NCBI GenBank assembly: GCA_016191425.1
Contig: JACPOR010000021.1
Span: 84,312 to 148,311 of the forward strand
Source of the DNA: Chloroflexota bacterium
Lineage (GTDB): Bacteria; Chloroflexota; Limnocylindria; Limnocylindrales; CSP1-4
Direction of reading: 5' to 3'
DNA: 64,000 bases
Shown here: positions 1 to 7,600 of the stretch, piece by piece
How positions within the stretch are numbered: the stretch's first letter is position 1
Layout of the letters: every line of letters begins with the position of its first letter
Program-made: the position numbers and the translations under genes
The notes under the pieces: generated by a model
The model's database searches: none
Seen by the model: only the letters and a program-made list of their open reading frames with translations
What the model was told of the DNA's origin: nothing

Positions 1-228
1 ACCGCTTGCCGAGACTCTGGTCGCCACCGCTGCAGCGGCAGCGTTACCGGGCAGTTCCGCGATGAGAATGAAGTCATCGTCACCGAATGACCAGTACGCG
101 GTCTCGACTCGGCCGCCGACACTCGCGGCGAGTTCGGCGACTGCCTTCAGGCGGCTCGCCGCGCCATCCTTGAGCACGCCCTGGATGCCCGCCTGTGAGT
201 AGTGGGCACGGAAGAGATAGTGGGCCAT
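1..228 (-). CDS. GYD domain-containing protein, partial (C-terminus beyond window edge)
   Basis: Own translation of the reverse strand from ATG at 228..226 gives MAHYLFRAHYSQAGIQGVLKDGAASRLKAVAELAASVGGRVETAYWSFGDDDFILIAELPGNAAAAAVATRVSASG. This layout is typical of small GYD-family proteins. It is absent from the ORF track because there is no stop inside the window. Confidence 0.7.
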   Translation of the reverse strand, partial: MAHYLFRAHYSQAGIQGVLKDGAASRLKAVAELAASVGGRVETAYWSFGDDDFILIAELPGNAAAAAVATRVSASG

Positions 229-409
229 GGCATCCTCCTTAACAACGCCCGGCCTGGACTCGGCCGGGTCGCGAGGCACAATGGTGGGCCGAGACGGCCC
301 GCCCGTCAACGCGTCCGACCAGCCAGCCGTCTACACACGTCCGACGAGCTGGCTGGCGCTGGGCCGCCCCCAGTTCAACCAGGCCCACTTCGCGCCTCGA
401 CGGCCGCCC

Positions 410-472
410 GCATTGGCCGCATTGACCGCATCGGTCGCATTGACCGCATCGGCCGCATCGGCCGCTTCGATG
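410..472. repeat. 9-nt tandem repeat x7 (GCATYGRYC)
   Basis: Read directly: gcattggcc gcattgacc gcatcggtc gcattgacc gcatcggcc gcatcggcc gcttcgatg. It lies about 100 nt upstream of the phd/vapC pair. Confidence 0.85.
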
Positions 473-570
473 TCCGCCGGGGATGGCGTCGGCGGACATC
501 GGAACGTGCGCTCGATTTTGGCGGACCGCCTGCCACAAGAACCATCCAGTATTGTGCTACCATGTGCTAC

Positions 571-873
571 ATGAGTGAGTCGGAAGCGCGTCCAGAGCGG
601 GTGGGCGTGCGCGAATTGCGTCAGAACCTGTCCATCTACCTTGACCGCGTGAAGGCGGGCGAGACCCTCGACGTCACCGAGCATGGTCAGCCGGTGGCAC
701 GCCTCATCCCGAACCTACGGGCAAGGTTGTCGATCCTGGACCAGATGATCGCGGACGGCCGGGCGACCCCGGCCACATTCGACCATCGACTGATCCCGCC
801 GCCGCCGCGAATCGCGGGCGGCAGGCCGCTTTCGGAGATCATCCTCGAGATGCGCCACCAGGAGGACCGATGA
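571..873 (+). CDS. type II antitoxin, Phd/YefM family
   Basis: MSESEARPERVGVRELRQNLSIYLDRVKAGETLDVTEHGQPVARLIP is a typical Phd/YefM N-terminus. It overlaps the downstream PIN gene by ATGA. The 5' part of track ORF 202..873 is Arg/Pro-rich and covers the 9-nt repeat, so the ATG at 571 is preferred. Confidence 0.8.
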   Translation: MSESEARPERVGVRELRQNLSIYLDRVKAGETLDVTEHGQPVARLIPNLRARLSILDQMIADGRATPATFDHRLIPPPPRIAGGRPLSEIILEMRHQEDR

Positions 874-1313
874 CCGCCCTGGCCTATGTCGACGCGTCGG
901 CTCTGGCGAAGCTGATCCTTGAGGAGACTGGTTCGCTCGAGATGCGTCGCTGGTATGTCGAGAGTGAGCGGGTCGTGACGAGTCGCGTGGGAGTCGTCGA
1001 GACACGTCGAGCCGTTATCCGGCAGGCCCACGATCCCGCGCACCTGGAGGTGATCCTCAGGTCGGTCGAGACAGTCGAGTTCGACGCGGCCATGGCTCGC
1101 GCGGCCAGCGCCATCGAACCGGCGACGCTCAAGACCCTCGACGCGATCCACCTGGCCTCGGCGGCGGCCCTGGCGCCGGAACTCGACGCGTTTGTGACCT
1201 ACGACGACCGCCTTGCGGACGCTGCGCGAGCACTTGGCCTGCCGGTCGTCCGGCCCGCCTGGGCCGCGCTGAAGACGAGGCAGGTAGATGTGCGTAGTGA
1301 CCTGCCCGCCTGA
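870..1313 (+). CDS. vapC: type II toxin VapC (PIN-domain ribonuclease)
   Basis: The N-terminus AYVDASALAKLIL and the later motifs LDAIHLASA and VTYDDRL supply the PIN acidic residues. The gene overlaps the antitoxin stop by 4 nt. Confidence 0.8.
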   Translation: MTALAYVDASALAKLILEETGSLEMRRWYVESERVVTSRVGVVETRRAVIRQAHDPAHLEVILRSVETVEFDAAMARAASAIEPATLKTLDAIHLASAAALAPELDAFVTYDDRLADAARALGLPVVRPAWAALKTRQVDVRSDLPA

Positions 1314-1399
1314 GGAGGGAGGTATCGCTGGCCGAACCCGATCGCGCTGACGCCGACCGCATCGGCCAATTGCCAGCTCGCGAGAGCGAACGGCTCACC

Positions 1400-3349
1400 T
1401 CATCTCGGGCGTAGCGTCAGCGCAAGTCGCGTTGCGACCGGCGCCTCGAGCTTCTCGATGCGGATGGCGGTGGCCTTGAACTCGGCCGTGCCGGACTTCG
1501 GGTCCGTGGCGTCGATCGTGAGCAGGTTCGTCGCGACGTCGTCCTGGAAGTGGAGGGTCATGAAGGTCAGGCCGGGCCGGAGGCCCGCATCGACACGCAC
1601 GGGTACCTCGACCTCGCCGCGCCGCGAGACCACGCGAACCCGCTCGCCCTCGGCGAGCCCGAACGCCTCGAGATCCTCGGGGGAGACGTCGAGTGTCTCG
1701 CCCCGCCGGAGCGGTGACGTGAAGCTCCCCGTCTGGACGCCGGTGTTGTAGCTGTCGAGGCGGCGGCCGGTTGTCAGTCGGATCGGGAATTCGTCGTCCA
1801 GGCGATCCACCGGCGGGTCGTGATCCACCGGCACGAACGGCACGCGGCTGCCAGGCACCGGGTCCTCCCACAACCGCGAGTGGAGGAACAGCTCGCCGGG
1901 ATGGGTCTCGTCCCAGCACGGCCACTGAATTCCGCCGAGGGCCTCGAGGCGGGCATAGCTCATCCCGGCATGAACCGGCGATAGGGTCCGAAGCTCGTTC
2001 CAGATCCGCTCCGCCGACGGCTCACCCCAGTCGTGGCCCATCCGGCGGGCCAGCTCGAAGATGATCCACAGGTCGTCCCGCGCCTCGCCCGGCGGGTCGA
2101 GGGCCTTGCGGACCCGCTGGACCCGACGCTCCGAATTCGTGACGGTGCCCTCGGACTCCGCCCACGCGGCGGCGGCCGGCAGGACCACATCGGCCATCTC
2201 CGCGGTCGCGGTGAGGAACAGGTCCTGGACCACCATGAAGTCCAGCGAGGCGACGAGGCCTCTCGTTCGCGCCTGGTCGGCCTCGGACTGGACCGGATTC
2301 TCACCGATGACGTACGCGGCCTTGAGCTCGCCCCGCTCGATGGCGTCGAACATCTGGCTGAGATGCCAGCCCTTCTTCGAGGGAACCGGCACGCCCCAGG
2401 CGGCATCGAACTTCGCGCGGAGGGCATCCTGTTCGACGTGCTGGAACCCGGGTAGGCGATCCGGCAGGGCGCCCATGTCACCGCCGCCCTGGACGTTGTT
2501 CTGGCCCCGCAATGGGTTGAGGCCGCTGCCGTACCGCCCGACGTGCCCGGTCAGCGTCGCAAGGTTGATCAGCGCCAGGACGTTGTCCACCGCGTTGTGG
2601 TGTTCGGTGATCCCGAGGGTCCAGCAGATCATCGCCCGGTCGGCCTTGCCGTAGGCATGGGCGAGTTCGCGGATGGCGTCGGCTGGGACGCCGGTCTCGC
2701 GCTCGGCGTACTCGAGGGTGTACGACTCGACCTTCTCGCGGTAGGCCTCGAAGTCGAAGGTCGCCCGCTCGATGAACTCGGTGTTGGTCAGGCCGGCGTG
2801 GATGATCTCGCGCCCGACGGCATTCGCCAGCGCGATGTCGCTGCCGACATCGAGACCCAGCCACGTGTCCGACCATTCGGCCGAACTCGTCCGGCGCGGG
2901 TCCACGGTGAACAGACGGGCGCCGTTCCGGACCCCACGGAGCAGGTGATGGAAGAAGATCGGATGCGTCTCCCGGGCATTGCTGCCCCAGAGAATGATCA
3001 GATCGGTTTCCTCGACCTCACGATATGAGCTGGTTCCACCACCAGCGCCGAAGACGGTCGCCAGACCGGCGACAGACGGGGCGTGTCAGGTGCGGTTGCA
3101 GCTGTCGATGTTGTTGCTGCCCAGGACCACTCGCGAGAACTTCTGCGCCGCGTAGTTGACCTCGTTGGTCGCCTTGCTGCAGCTGAAGACGCCGAACGGA
3201 GCCGGTGCGTCGGCGCGGCGATGCGCCTCGGCGGCCCGAAACGCCGCCACGGTCCGATCGAGTGCCCGGTCCCAGGTCGCGGGACGGAGCTCGCCGCCCT
3301 TCGACTCCCGGACGAGGGGCTGGGTCAGTCTCAGGTAGTTCCTAGCCAC
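1400..3349 (-). CDS. fdhA: molybdopterin formate dehydrogenase alpha-type subunit with an in-frame UGA (selenocysteine); lacks the N-terminal Fe-S domain
   Basis: Track ORFs 1400..2905 and 3086..4060 share one frame and are separated only by TGA at 3088..3086. Read-through gives NNIDSCNRT-U-HAPSVAGLATVFGAGGGTSSY, matching the FdhF motif NNVDCCARVUHGPSVAGL. The C-terminal part is clearly MopB/FDH-like (RGQNNVQGGGDMGALP). The best start is GTG at 3349, preceded by AGGAGG with a 6-nt spacer. The first residues ARNYLRLTQPLVRESKGGELRPATWDRAL align to about residue 50 of E. coli FdhF. Confidence 0.8.
3050..3088 (-). promoter_or_regulatory. UGA recoding site plus SECIS-like hairpin
   Basis: mRNA sense reads UGA CAC GCC CCG UCU GUCGCC-GGUCU-GGCGAC. 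A perfect 6-bp stem (3073..3057) starts 12 nt after the UGA, with a GGUC-containing loop as in the E. coli fdhF SECIS (GCAGGUCUGC). Confidence 0.6.
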
Positions 3350-3541
3350 GGCGGGCCTCCTGCGGGTGCCGACGGGTCGAGTGTACGACGCCGCGGGTGG
3401 CGGGGGCCCGCCGCGCCACCGGGCTCGTCGAGGCGCCGCCGCGCCGGGGTCATCTGATCGGATTGGACCATCCCCTTGCCGCGACGGCAGCAGACACCTA
3501 TGGTTTCCCAGACCTCGCCGCATGCGAAGCAGGAGGAGTCG

Positions 3542-4105
3542 ATGGAAGCGGACGGCATCGCGTTCGTGGGACCTGGGTCGGAGTGGTTCTGGATCGCGCT
3601 CCAGTTCGCGGCCCTCGCGACGACTTTCTATGCCATCTATCGGCAACTGCAGCCGCAGCAGACCCAGATCCGCGACAACACGAAGGTCCTTCGCACCCAG
3701 GCCCATTATAACGCCCTGTTGCTCGCGCAGCGGCCATTCGAAATGCTGATCGAGAACGAAAGCCTGGCGAAGGTCGTCAACGTTGGGTATGCGACGCGCG
3801 AAGCGCTGAGCGATGACGACTGGTCGCGGTGCAGCTACTACACCTTCATGCAGTTCAACTCGTGGGAGTACCTGTACTACCAGAATCGTGATGGGTCGAT
3901 CCCCAAGGAGCTGTGGGTCGGCGCCGATGCGTACTTCAGGAGCCTGGTCGCGACAAGACCAGGCCTCGTCCGCTTCTGGTCGGAGTTCGAAGCGTCGTTT
4001 GACGAACCGTTTCGCTCCTACGTCACCGCGGAGTTCGCCGGAAGCCAAGACCACGGCCACGGCACTGGGGGAATCGGGCTTGCACCCCGCACCGCGTCAG
4101 GCTGA
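3542..4105 (+). CDS. hypothetical membrane-anchored protein
   Basis: ATG at 3542 is preceded by AGGAGGAG. The protein starts MEADGIAFVGPGSEWFWIALQFAALATTFYAIY (one TM helix), then a soluble domain rich in Y/W/F/N/Q. That composition is unlike the Arg/Pro/Gly shadow ORFs of this DNA. I could not recognise a family. The region is visibly less GC-rich. Confidence 0.55.
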   Translation: MEADGIAFVGPGSEWFWIALQFAALATTFYAIYRQLQPQQTQIRDNTKVLRTQAHYNALLLAQRPFEMLIENESLAKVVNVGYATREALSDDDWSRCSYYTFMQFNSWEYLYYQNRDGSIPKELWVGADAYFRSLVATRPGLVRFWSEFEASFDEPFRSYVTAEFAGSQDHGHGTGGIGLAPRTASG

Positions 4106-4133
4106 CGAGGCAGCCAAGGAATGGTCCCGTAGG

Positions 4134-4160
4134 TCGCTTGGCGTGCGGGAATGTCACTCG
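4134..4160 (+). repeat. 27-nt dispersed direct repeat, copy 1 (TCGCTTGGCGTGCGGGAATGTCACTCG)
   Basis: Identical core to the copies at 4410 and 4883. It was noticed because three track ORFs all translate to SLGVRECH. Confidence 0.85.
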
Positions 4161-4236
4161 GTCGCGGCAGCGCCCACGGTTCGATTGAGGTGGTCCGTGT
4201 GCCACTTTGGTGGCCGACCCGAGCATCGCTCCCGGG

Positions 4237-4353
4237 TCAGTCTCTACGTTCGCGCGCCTTCTCGTGCCGAATAGCGAGGCGGACCGCCCAATAGACGAGT
4301 AGGAATCCGATCAGGAGCGGGATCGCGTAGACGATTAGAACGGCAAGTTCCAT
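4237..4353 (-). CDS. small hypothetical membrane protein (38 aa)
   Basis: Own translation: MELAVLIVYAIPLLIGFLLVYWAVRLAIRHEKARERRD, one clean TM helix plus a basic tail. It is below the ORF-track size cutoff and has no clear SD sequence. Confidence 0.35.
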   Translation of the reverse strand: MELAVLIVYAIPLLIGFLLVYWAVRLAIRHEKARERRD

Positions 4354-4409
4354 GGGCCGAGCATAGACCCCCTTTGGGGGCTGCTGTTCGAAGTAATCAA
4401 GGCGGACTC

Positions 4410-4436
4410 TCGCTTGGCGTACGCGAATGTCACCCG
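4410..4436 (+). repeat. 27-nt dispersed direct repeat, copy 2 (TCGCTTGGCGTACGCGAATGTCACCCG)
   Basis: Same orientation as copy 1, 276 nt downstream of it. Confidence 0.85.
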
Positions 4437-4882
4437 AACGCTCAATCAGGTGCGGGTGGAATGAGATCAGCTATTCGAGCGAGGCGCTCCGAAATGACGG
4501 CGATCCTATCCACAATTGCGGATAGTCGACCGCCAGATGCGCGAAGCTTGGCCGTGATCCCAGAGAGCCAACGTATCGTGCCGGCATGGCTGCGAGTGAC
4601 ATCAGCATTCCGGACGGATTAGAACTCCGTAGACCTGATCCATTACCGGGGAGAACGGCATCAAGACGAACGCACTCAGACGCGGGTCGGGACCCACGGT
4701 TGCATTCGGCGTTCCCAAACGGCCCGGTGCAGGTGCCGGAATTCGTCGTTCTCGACCTGTGCGGCCTCTCCGTCGCTCGTCTCGTTGGCTCACACTGTGA
4801 TCCTAGCGGGGCACGCAACCGAGTCTTCCCTTTTCGCAATGGGATCGTACGGCATGTCGATCGGGGGTTCGGGCCCCGCGAG

Positions 4883-4909
4883 TCGCTTGGCGTCCGCGAA
4901 TGTCACTCG
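4883..4909 (+). repeat. 27-nt dispersed direct repeat, copy 3 (TCGCTTGGCGTCCGCGAATGTCACTCG)
   Basis: Same orientation, 473 nt after copy 2. It ends 52 nt upstream of the GNAT start codon. Confidence 0.85.
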
Positions 4910-4961
4910 AGGAAACGCAGTTCGTGGACACTTCCGTTGCTGGGCTGCAACAATCGCCTCG

Positions 4962-5624
4962 ATGACCCACCCGTGGCCGCTCTTTGATCTGCGGGTCCGG
5001 ACGGCTCGACTCGAGCTGCGTCTGCCTTCAGACGAGGACCTCCTCGCGCTACTCAACGTGGCGCATGCGGGCATCCATGACCCGGATACGATGCCGTTCG
5101 GGTTCGCGTGGACCGATCTTCAGGGCCTTGAGTTCGACCTTGGGTTCCTGAAGTTCTTCTGGGGGGCACGAGCCTCGTGGACGCTGTCAGCCTGGCAACT
5201 GCCGCTCGCGGTGATCCTCCGCGATCAACCGATCGGCATCCAAGAAGTACGGGCCAGTGGCTTCCTCGAGCGACGAACAGTCGAGACTGGGTCGTGGCTG
5301 GGGAGCACCTGGCAACGGCAGGGATTCGGAACCGAGATGCGCGCCGCGGTTCTCCACTTGTCGTTCGAGGGCCTGGGCGCGATGGCTGCCATCTCTGCGG
5401 CGCTGGAAGGCAACGAGGCGTCCCGCCGTGTCTCGGAGAAGCTCGGCTATCGTCCGAACGGGATCGAATTTGTTGCCCCCCGTGGCCACGCTGTCAAGCA
5501 GGACCGATACCTGCTCAGCCGAGAGGACTGGCGCCCAGATCAGTGGTCAGTTCAGATCGAGCATCTCGAAACCTGTCGCGGTATGTTCGGGCTCTCGCCC
5601 TCCACGAAAGCCGCCGCCGAGTAG
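4962..5624 (+). CDS. GNAT family N-acetyltransferase (RimJ/RimL-like)
   Basis: From MTHPWPLFDLRVRTARLELRLPSDEDL; acetyl-CoA motif WQRQGFGTEMRAAVL; C-terminal KLGYRPNG. The upstream part of track ORF 4785..5624 covers repeat copy 3 and is not protein-like. Confidence 0.8.
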   Translation: MTHPWPLFDLRVRTARLELRLPSDEDLLALLNVAHAGIHDPDTMPFGFAWTDLQGLEFDLGFLKFFWGARASWTLSAWQLPLAVILRDQPIGIQEVRASGFLERRTVETGSWLGSTWQRQGFGTEMRAAVLHLSFEGLGAMAAISAALEGNEASRRVSEKLGYRPNGIEFVAPRGHAVKQDRYLLSREDWRPDQWSVQIEHLETCRGMFGLSPSTKAAAE

Positions 5625-5665
5625 CACTCCTGGTATGGCACGCGTCGGCATCAGTCAGTGTGCTG

Positions 5666-6736
5666 TCACCAGATGCTGACGCCGGTGCCTTCCTCGACTT
5701 GGCCGACGCGCCAGTGGAGAACACCTGCCGCACTCAGTGCGGATTCCACCGCCGTCAGGGTGTCTGACCGAACGGCCGCCAGCAGCCCGCCGCTCGTTTG
5801 CGGATCGTGGGCAAGGGTCACGAGCTCCGCCGCCACACCGGGTCCGAGGTCGAGCGAGCCGGTCACGAACCGGCGGTTGTGGGCCGCGCCCCCGGTCTCG
5901 ATCCCGGTGCGCGCCAGCTCGAGCGACCCGGCGAGGGCCGGCAGGGCGGAGGCGTCGAAGACGAAGCGGGTCCCGGAGGCGCGGGCCATCTCCAGGCCGT
6001 GACCGAGCAAACCGAAGCCCGTGACGTCCGTGGCCGCCGAAACGCCGGCATCGATGAACACCTCCGCGGCCGCTCGATTGAGCGTCTGCATCTGCTCGAC
6101 TGCCGTCCGCAGGTCATCCTCGCTTGTCCGCCTCTGGCGATGGCCACTGACCAGGATCCCGGTGCCCAGCCGTTTGGTCAGAAGCAGCTGGTCGCCTGGC
6201 TTCGCGCCGCCCTTTCGCAGGATGCGATCCGGGTGGATCGCGCCGATCACGGCCAGCCCGTACTTCGGCTCCGGGTCGCGGATGGTATGGCCGCCCGCGA
6301 GCGTTCCGCCCGCCTCGCGCACCTTTGCCGATGCGCCGGCGAAGATCTCCGCGAGGACGTCGCGCGGCAGGTCCTCGGGGAAGGCCGCGATCGACAGCGC
6401 GAACAGCACCCGACCGCCCATGGCGAAGACATCGGACAGGGCGTTGGCCGCCGCGATCGAACCGAACGTGTATGGATCGTCCACGAGGGGCGGAAAGAAG
6501 TCCAGCGTCCCGATGATCGCGAGGTCGTCGCTGACGCGATAGACCGCAGCGTCGTCGGGCGGGTTGAGACCGGCGATCAGGTTCCCCGGCGCGTCGGCCT
6601 CCGCTTCCGCACCCAGCCCGGCGATCGCCTCGGCGAGCAGGTCGGCACCGAGCTTCGCGGCACAGCCGCCACACTCGGTCAGCTCGGTGAGGCGGATCCG
6701 GGGCGCACTGCTGAGGGTAGGGACGTCCATGGCCAT
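5666..6736 (-). CDS. selD: selenide, water dikinase SelD (Cys type)
   Basis: The N-terminus LTELTECGGCAAKLG is the SelD Cys/Sec-Gly-Cys-x-x-Lys motif. The remainder has the AIR-synthase-like fold pattern (DAAVY..., GGHTI). Confidence 0.9.
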   Translation of the reverse strand: MAMDVPTLSSAPRIRLTELTECGGCAAKLGADLLAEAIAGLGAEAEADAPGNLIAGLNPPDDAAVYRVSDDLAIIGTLDFFPPLVDDPYTFGSIAAANALSDVFAMGGRVLFALSIAAFPEDLPRDVLAEIFAGASAKVREAGGTLAGGHTIRDPEPKYGLAVIGAIHPDRILRKGGAKPGDQLLLTKRLGTGILVSGHRQRRTSEDDLRTAVEQMQTLNRAAAEVFIDAGVSAATDVTGFGLLGHGLEMARASGTRFVFDASALPALAGSLELARTGIETGGAAHNRRFVTGSLDLGPGVAAELVTLAHDPQTSGGLLAAVRSDTLTAVESALSAAGVLHWRVGQVEEGTGVSIW

Positions 6737-6780
6737 GGTGCGATGATAGGGAGTCCGTGCGGACGGGCTAGCATCAACGT

Positions 6781-6877
6781 GGGAGTGGGTTCGGGCCGGT
6801 GCCCGGCCCGGTCTTCAACACCGGTGGCGCGGCGCTCGGCGTCGCGCGGTGGGTTCGACTCCCATGCGCTCCCGCCA
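6781..6877 (+). tRNA. selC: tRNA-Sec (anticodon UCA at 6815..6817), encoded CCA
   Basis: Hand-folded sequence: GGGAGTGG acceptor; 6-bp D stem UCGGGC/GCCCGG with a 4-nt loop; anticodon loop CUUCAAC; long variable arm GCGCGGC..GUCGCGC; T arm UGGG-UUCGACU-CCCA; then GCGCUCCC-G-CCA. The long extra arm, 6-bp D stem and UCA anticodon are diagnostic. A possible -10 box TAGCAT lies at 6769..6774. Confidence 0.85.
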
Positions 6878-6910
6878 CGCTCAGGCTCACTTCAGTGTCG
6901 CGCTCCTGCC

Positions 6911-7600
6911 ATGGTCACGTTCTCGCTCGCGCTCAGGAGGAAGCCCGCATTGGCTGAACAGCCGGAGGTTTCGGAACCGGTGTCGTCCGGCGGCGCAGTC
7001 GAGCCGAACTGGGACGAGTACTACCGACGCACCCTCGGTCGTGAGCCGCGCCCGCTCTTCCGCCGCGGCATCGCGGCGGCGACAGCGGCCGGAGTCGTGC
7101 CGGGCCAGGCGGTCGAGATCGGTTTCGGTGATGTGACGGAGACACTGACCCTGCTCGACGCCGGCTGGCGCGTGCTTGCCGTGGATCCCACGCCCGCGGC
7201 TGCGGAGGGCCTTCGGTCGCGCGTTCGCCCGTCGCATGCCGAGCGACTCGAGATCCAGGCGGCCCCAGCGCAGGACTCGTCGCTCGTCCCGTTCGATCTC
7301 CTGTATGCCGGGTATGCCCTGTCGTTTCTCGATCGGGATGGATTTCGTCGATTCTGGCTGACCGTCCGGGATCGTCTCCGGCCCGGCGGGTTCGTGGTCG
7401 TGAACATCTTCGGGGTCCGCGACACCTGGGCCGGCGCCTCGGACATGACGTTCGTCGATCGCGAGGAGGTCGACCGACTCCTCGAGGGCCTCGAGGTCGT
7501 CGAGATTCTCGAAGAGGACGCGGACGGCGACTCCTTCTCCGGCCCCAAGCACTGGCATGTCTTCGACGTCATCGCACGTCGCCCGGGGGCGAATTCGTGA
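6911..7600 (+). CDS. class I SAM-dependent methyltransferase, TehB-like architecture
   Basis: MVTFSLALRRK...NWDEYYRRTL...GQAVEIGFGDVTETLTLLDAGWRVLAVDPTPAAAEGL...FDLLYAGYALSFL...LRPGGFVVVN. It starts 33 nt after tRNA-Sec, and its stop overlaps the selA GTG (GTGA). Only the last 229 codons of track ORF 5798..7600 are real; the remainder is antisense to selD. Confidence 0.75.
   Translation: MVTFSLALRRKPALAEQPEVSEPVSSGGAVEPNWDEYYRRTLGREPRPLFRRGIAAATAAGVVPGQAVEIGFGDVTETLTLLDAGWRVLAVDPTPAAAEGLRSRVRPSHAERLEIQAAPAQDSSLVPFDLLYAGYALSFLDRDGFRRFWLTVRDRLRPGGFVVVNIFGVRDTWAGASDMTFVDREEVDRLLEGLEVVEILEEDADGDSFSGPKHWHVFDVIARRPGANS

Noticed and set aside
3331-3558. Reverse ORF containing SSCFACGEVWETIGVCC as the missing Fe-S N-terminus of fdhA.
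   Set aside because: It is out of frame with fdhA. Its Cys spacing does not fit CxxCxxxC...C. It is antisense to the SD and start of the better-supported forward gene at 3542.
4730-4856. In-frame TGA (about 4790) between two protein-like reverse-strand pieces (..CPARITV-TGA-ANETSDGEAAQVENDEF..) as a second selenocysteine codon, given the adjacent sel locus.
   Set aside because: There is no SECIS-like hairpin downstream, no CxxU/UxxC redox context and no recognisable selenoprotein family. It is most likely coincidence within decayed DNA.
4441-4860. Reverse-strand fragments (for example AFVLMPFSPVMDQVYGVLIRPEC, reminiscent of TIR-like / nucleoside 2-deoxyribosyltransferase-like N-termini) as a gene.
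   Set aside because: The pieces lie in three different frames separated by stops, and none exceeds about 60 codons. At best this is a decayed pseudogene, and I cannot assign it with confidence.
4100-4920. The three 27-nt repeats as integron attC sites (a CALIN-type cassette array).
   Set aside because: There are no R''/R' core sites (RYYYAAC / GTTRRRY) and no conserved imperfect inverted-repeat structure around the copies. No integrase is nearby. The element is kept as an unexplained repeat instead.
5625-5665. Possible fourth, degenerate copy of the 27-nt repeat (TGGCACGCG...TGTCAC) after the GNAT gene.
   Set aside because: Only the short end words match, and the intervening sequence differs in both length and content.
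5798-6910. Long forward ORF (600 aa in the track) covering selD antisense.
   Set aside because: Only the last 229 codons (from 6911) are protein-like. The remainder is an Arg/Gly/Pro-rich shadow of the selD frame and runs straight through the tRNA-Sec gene.
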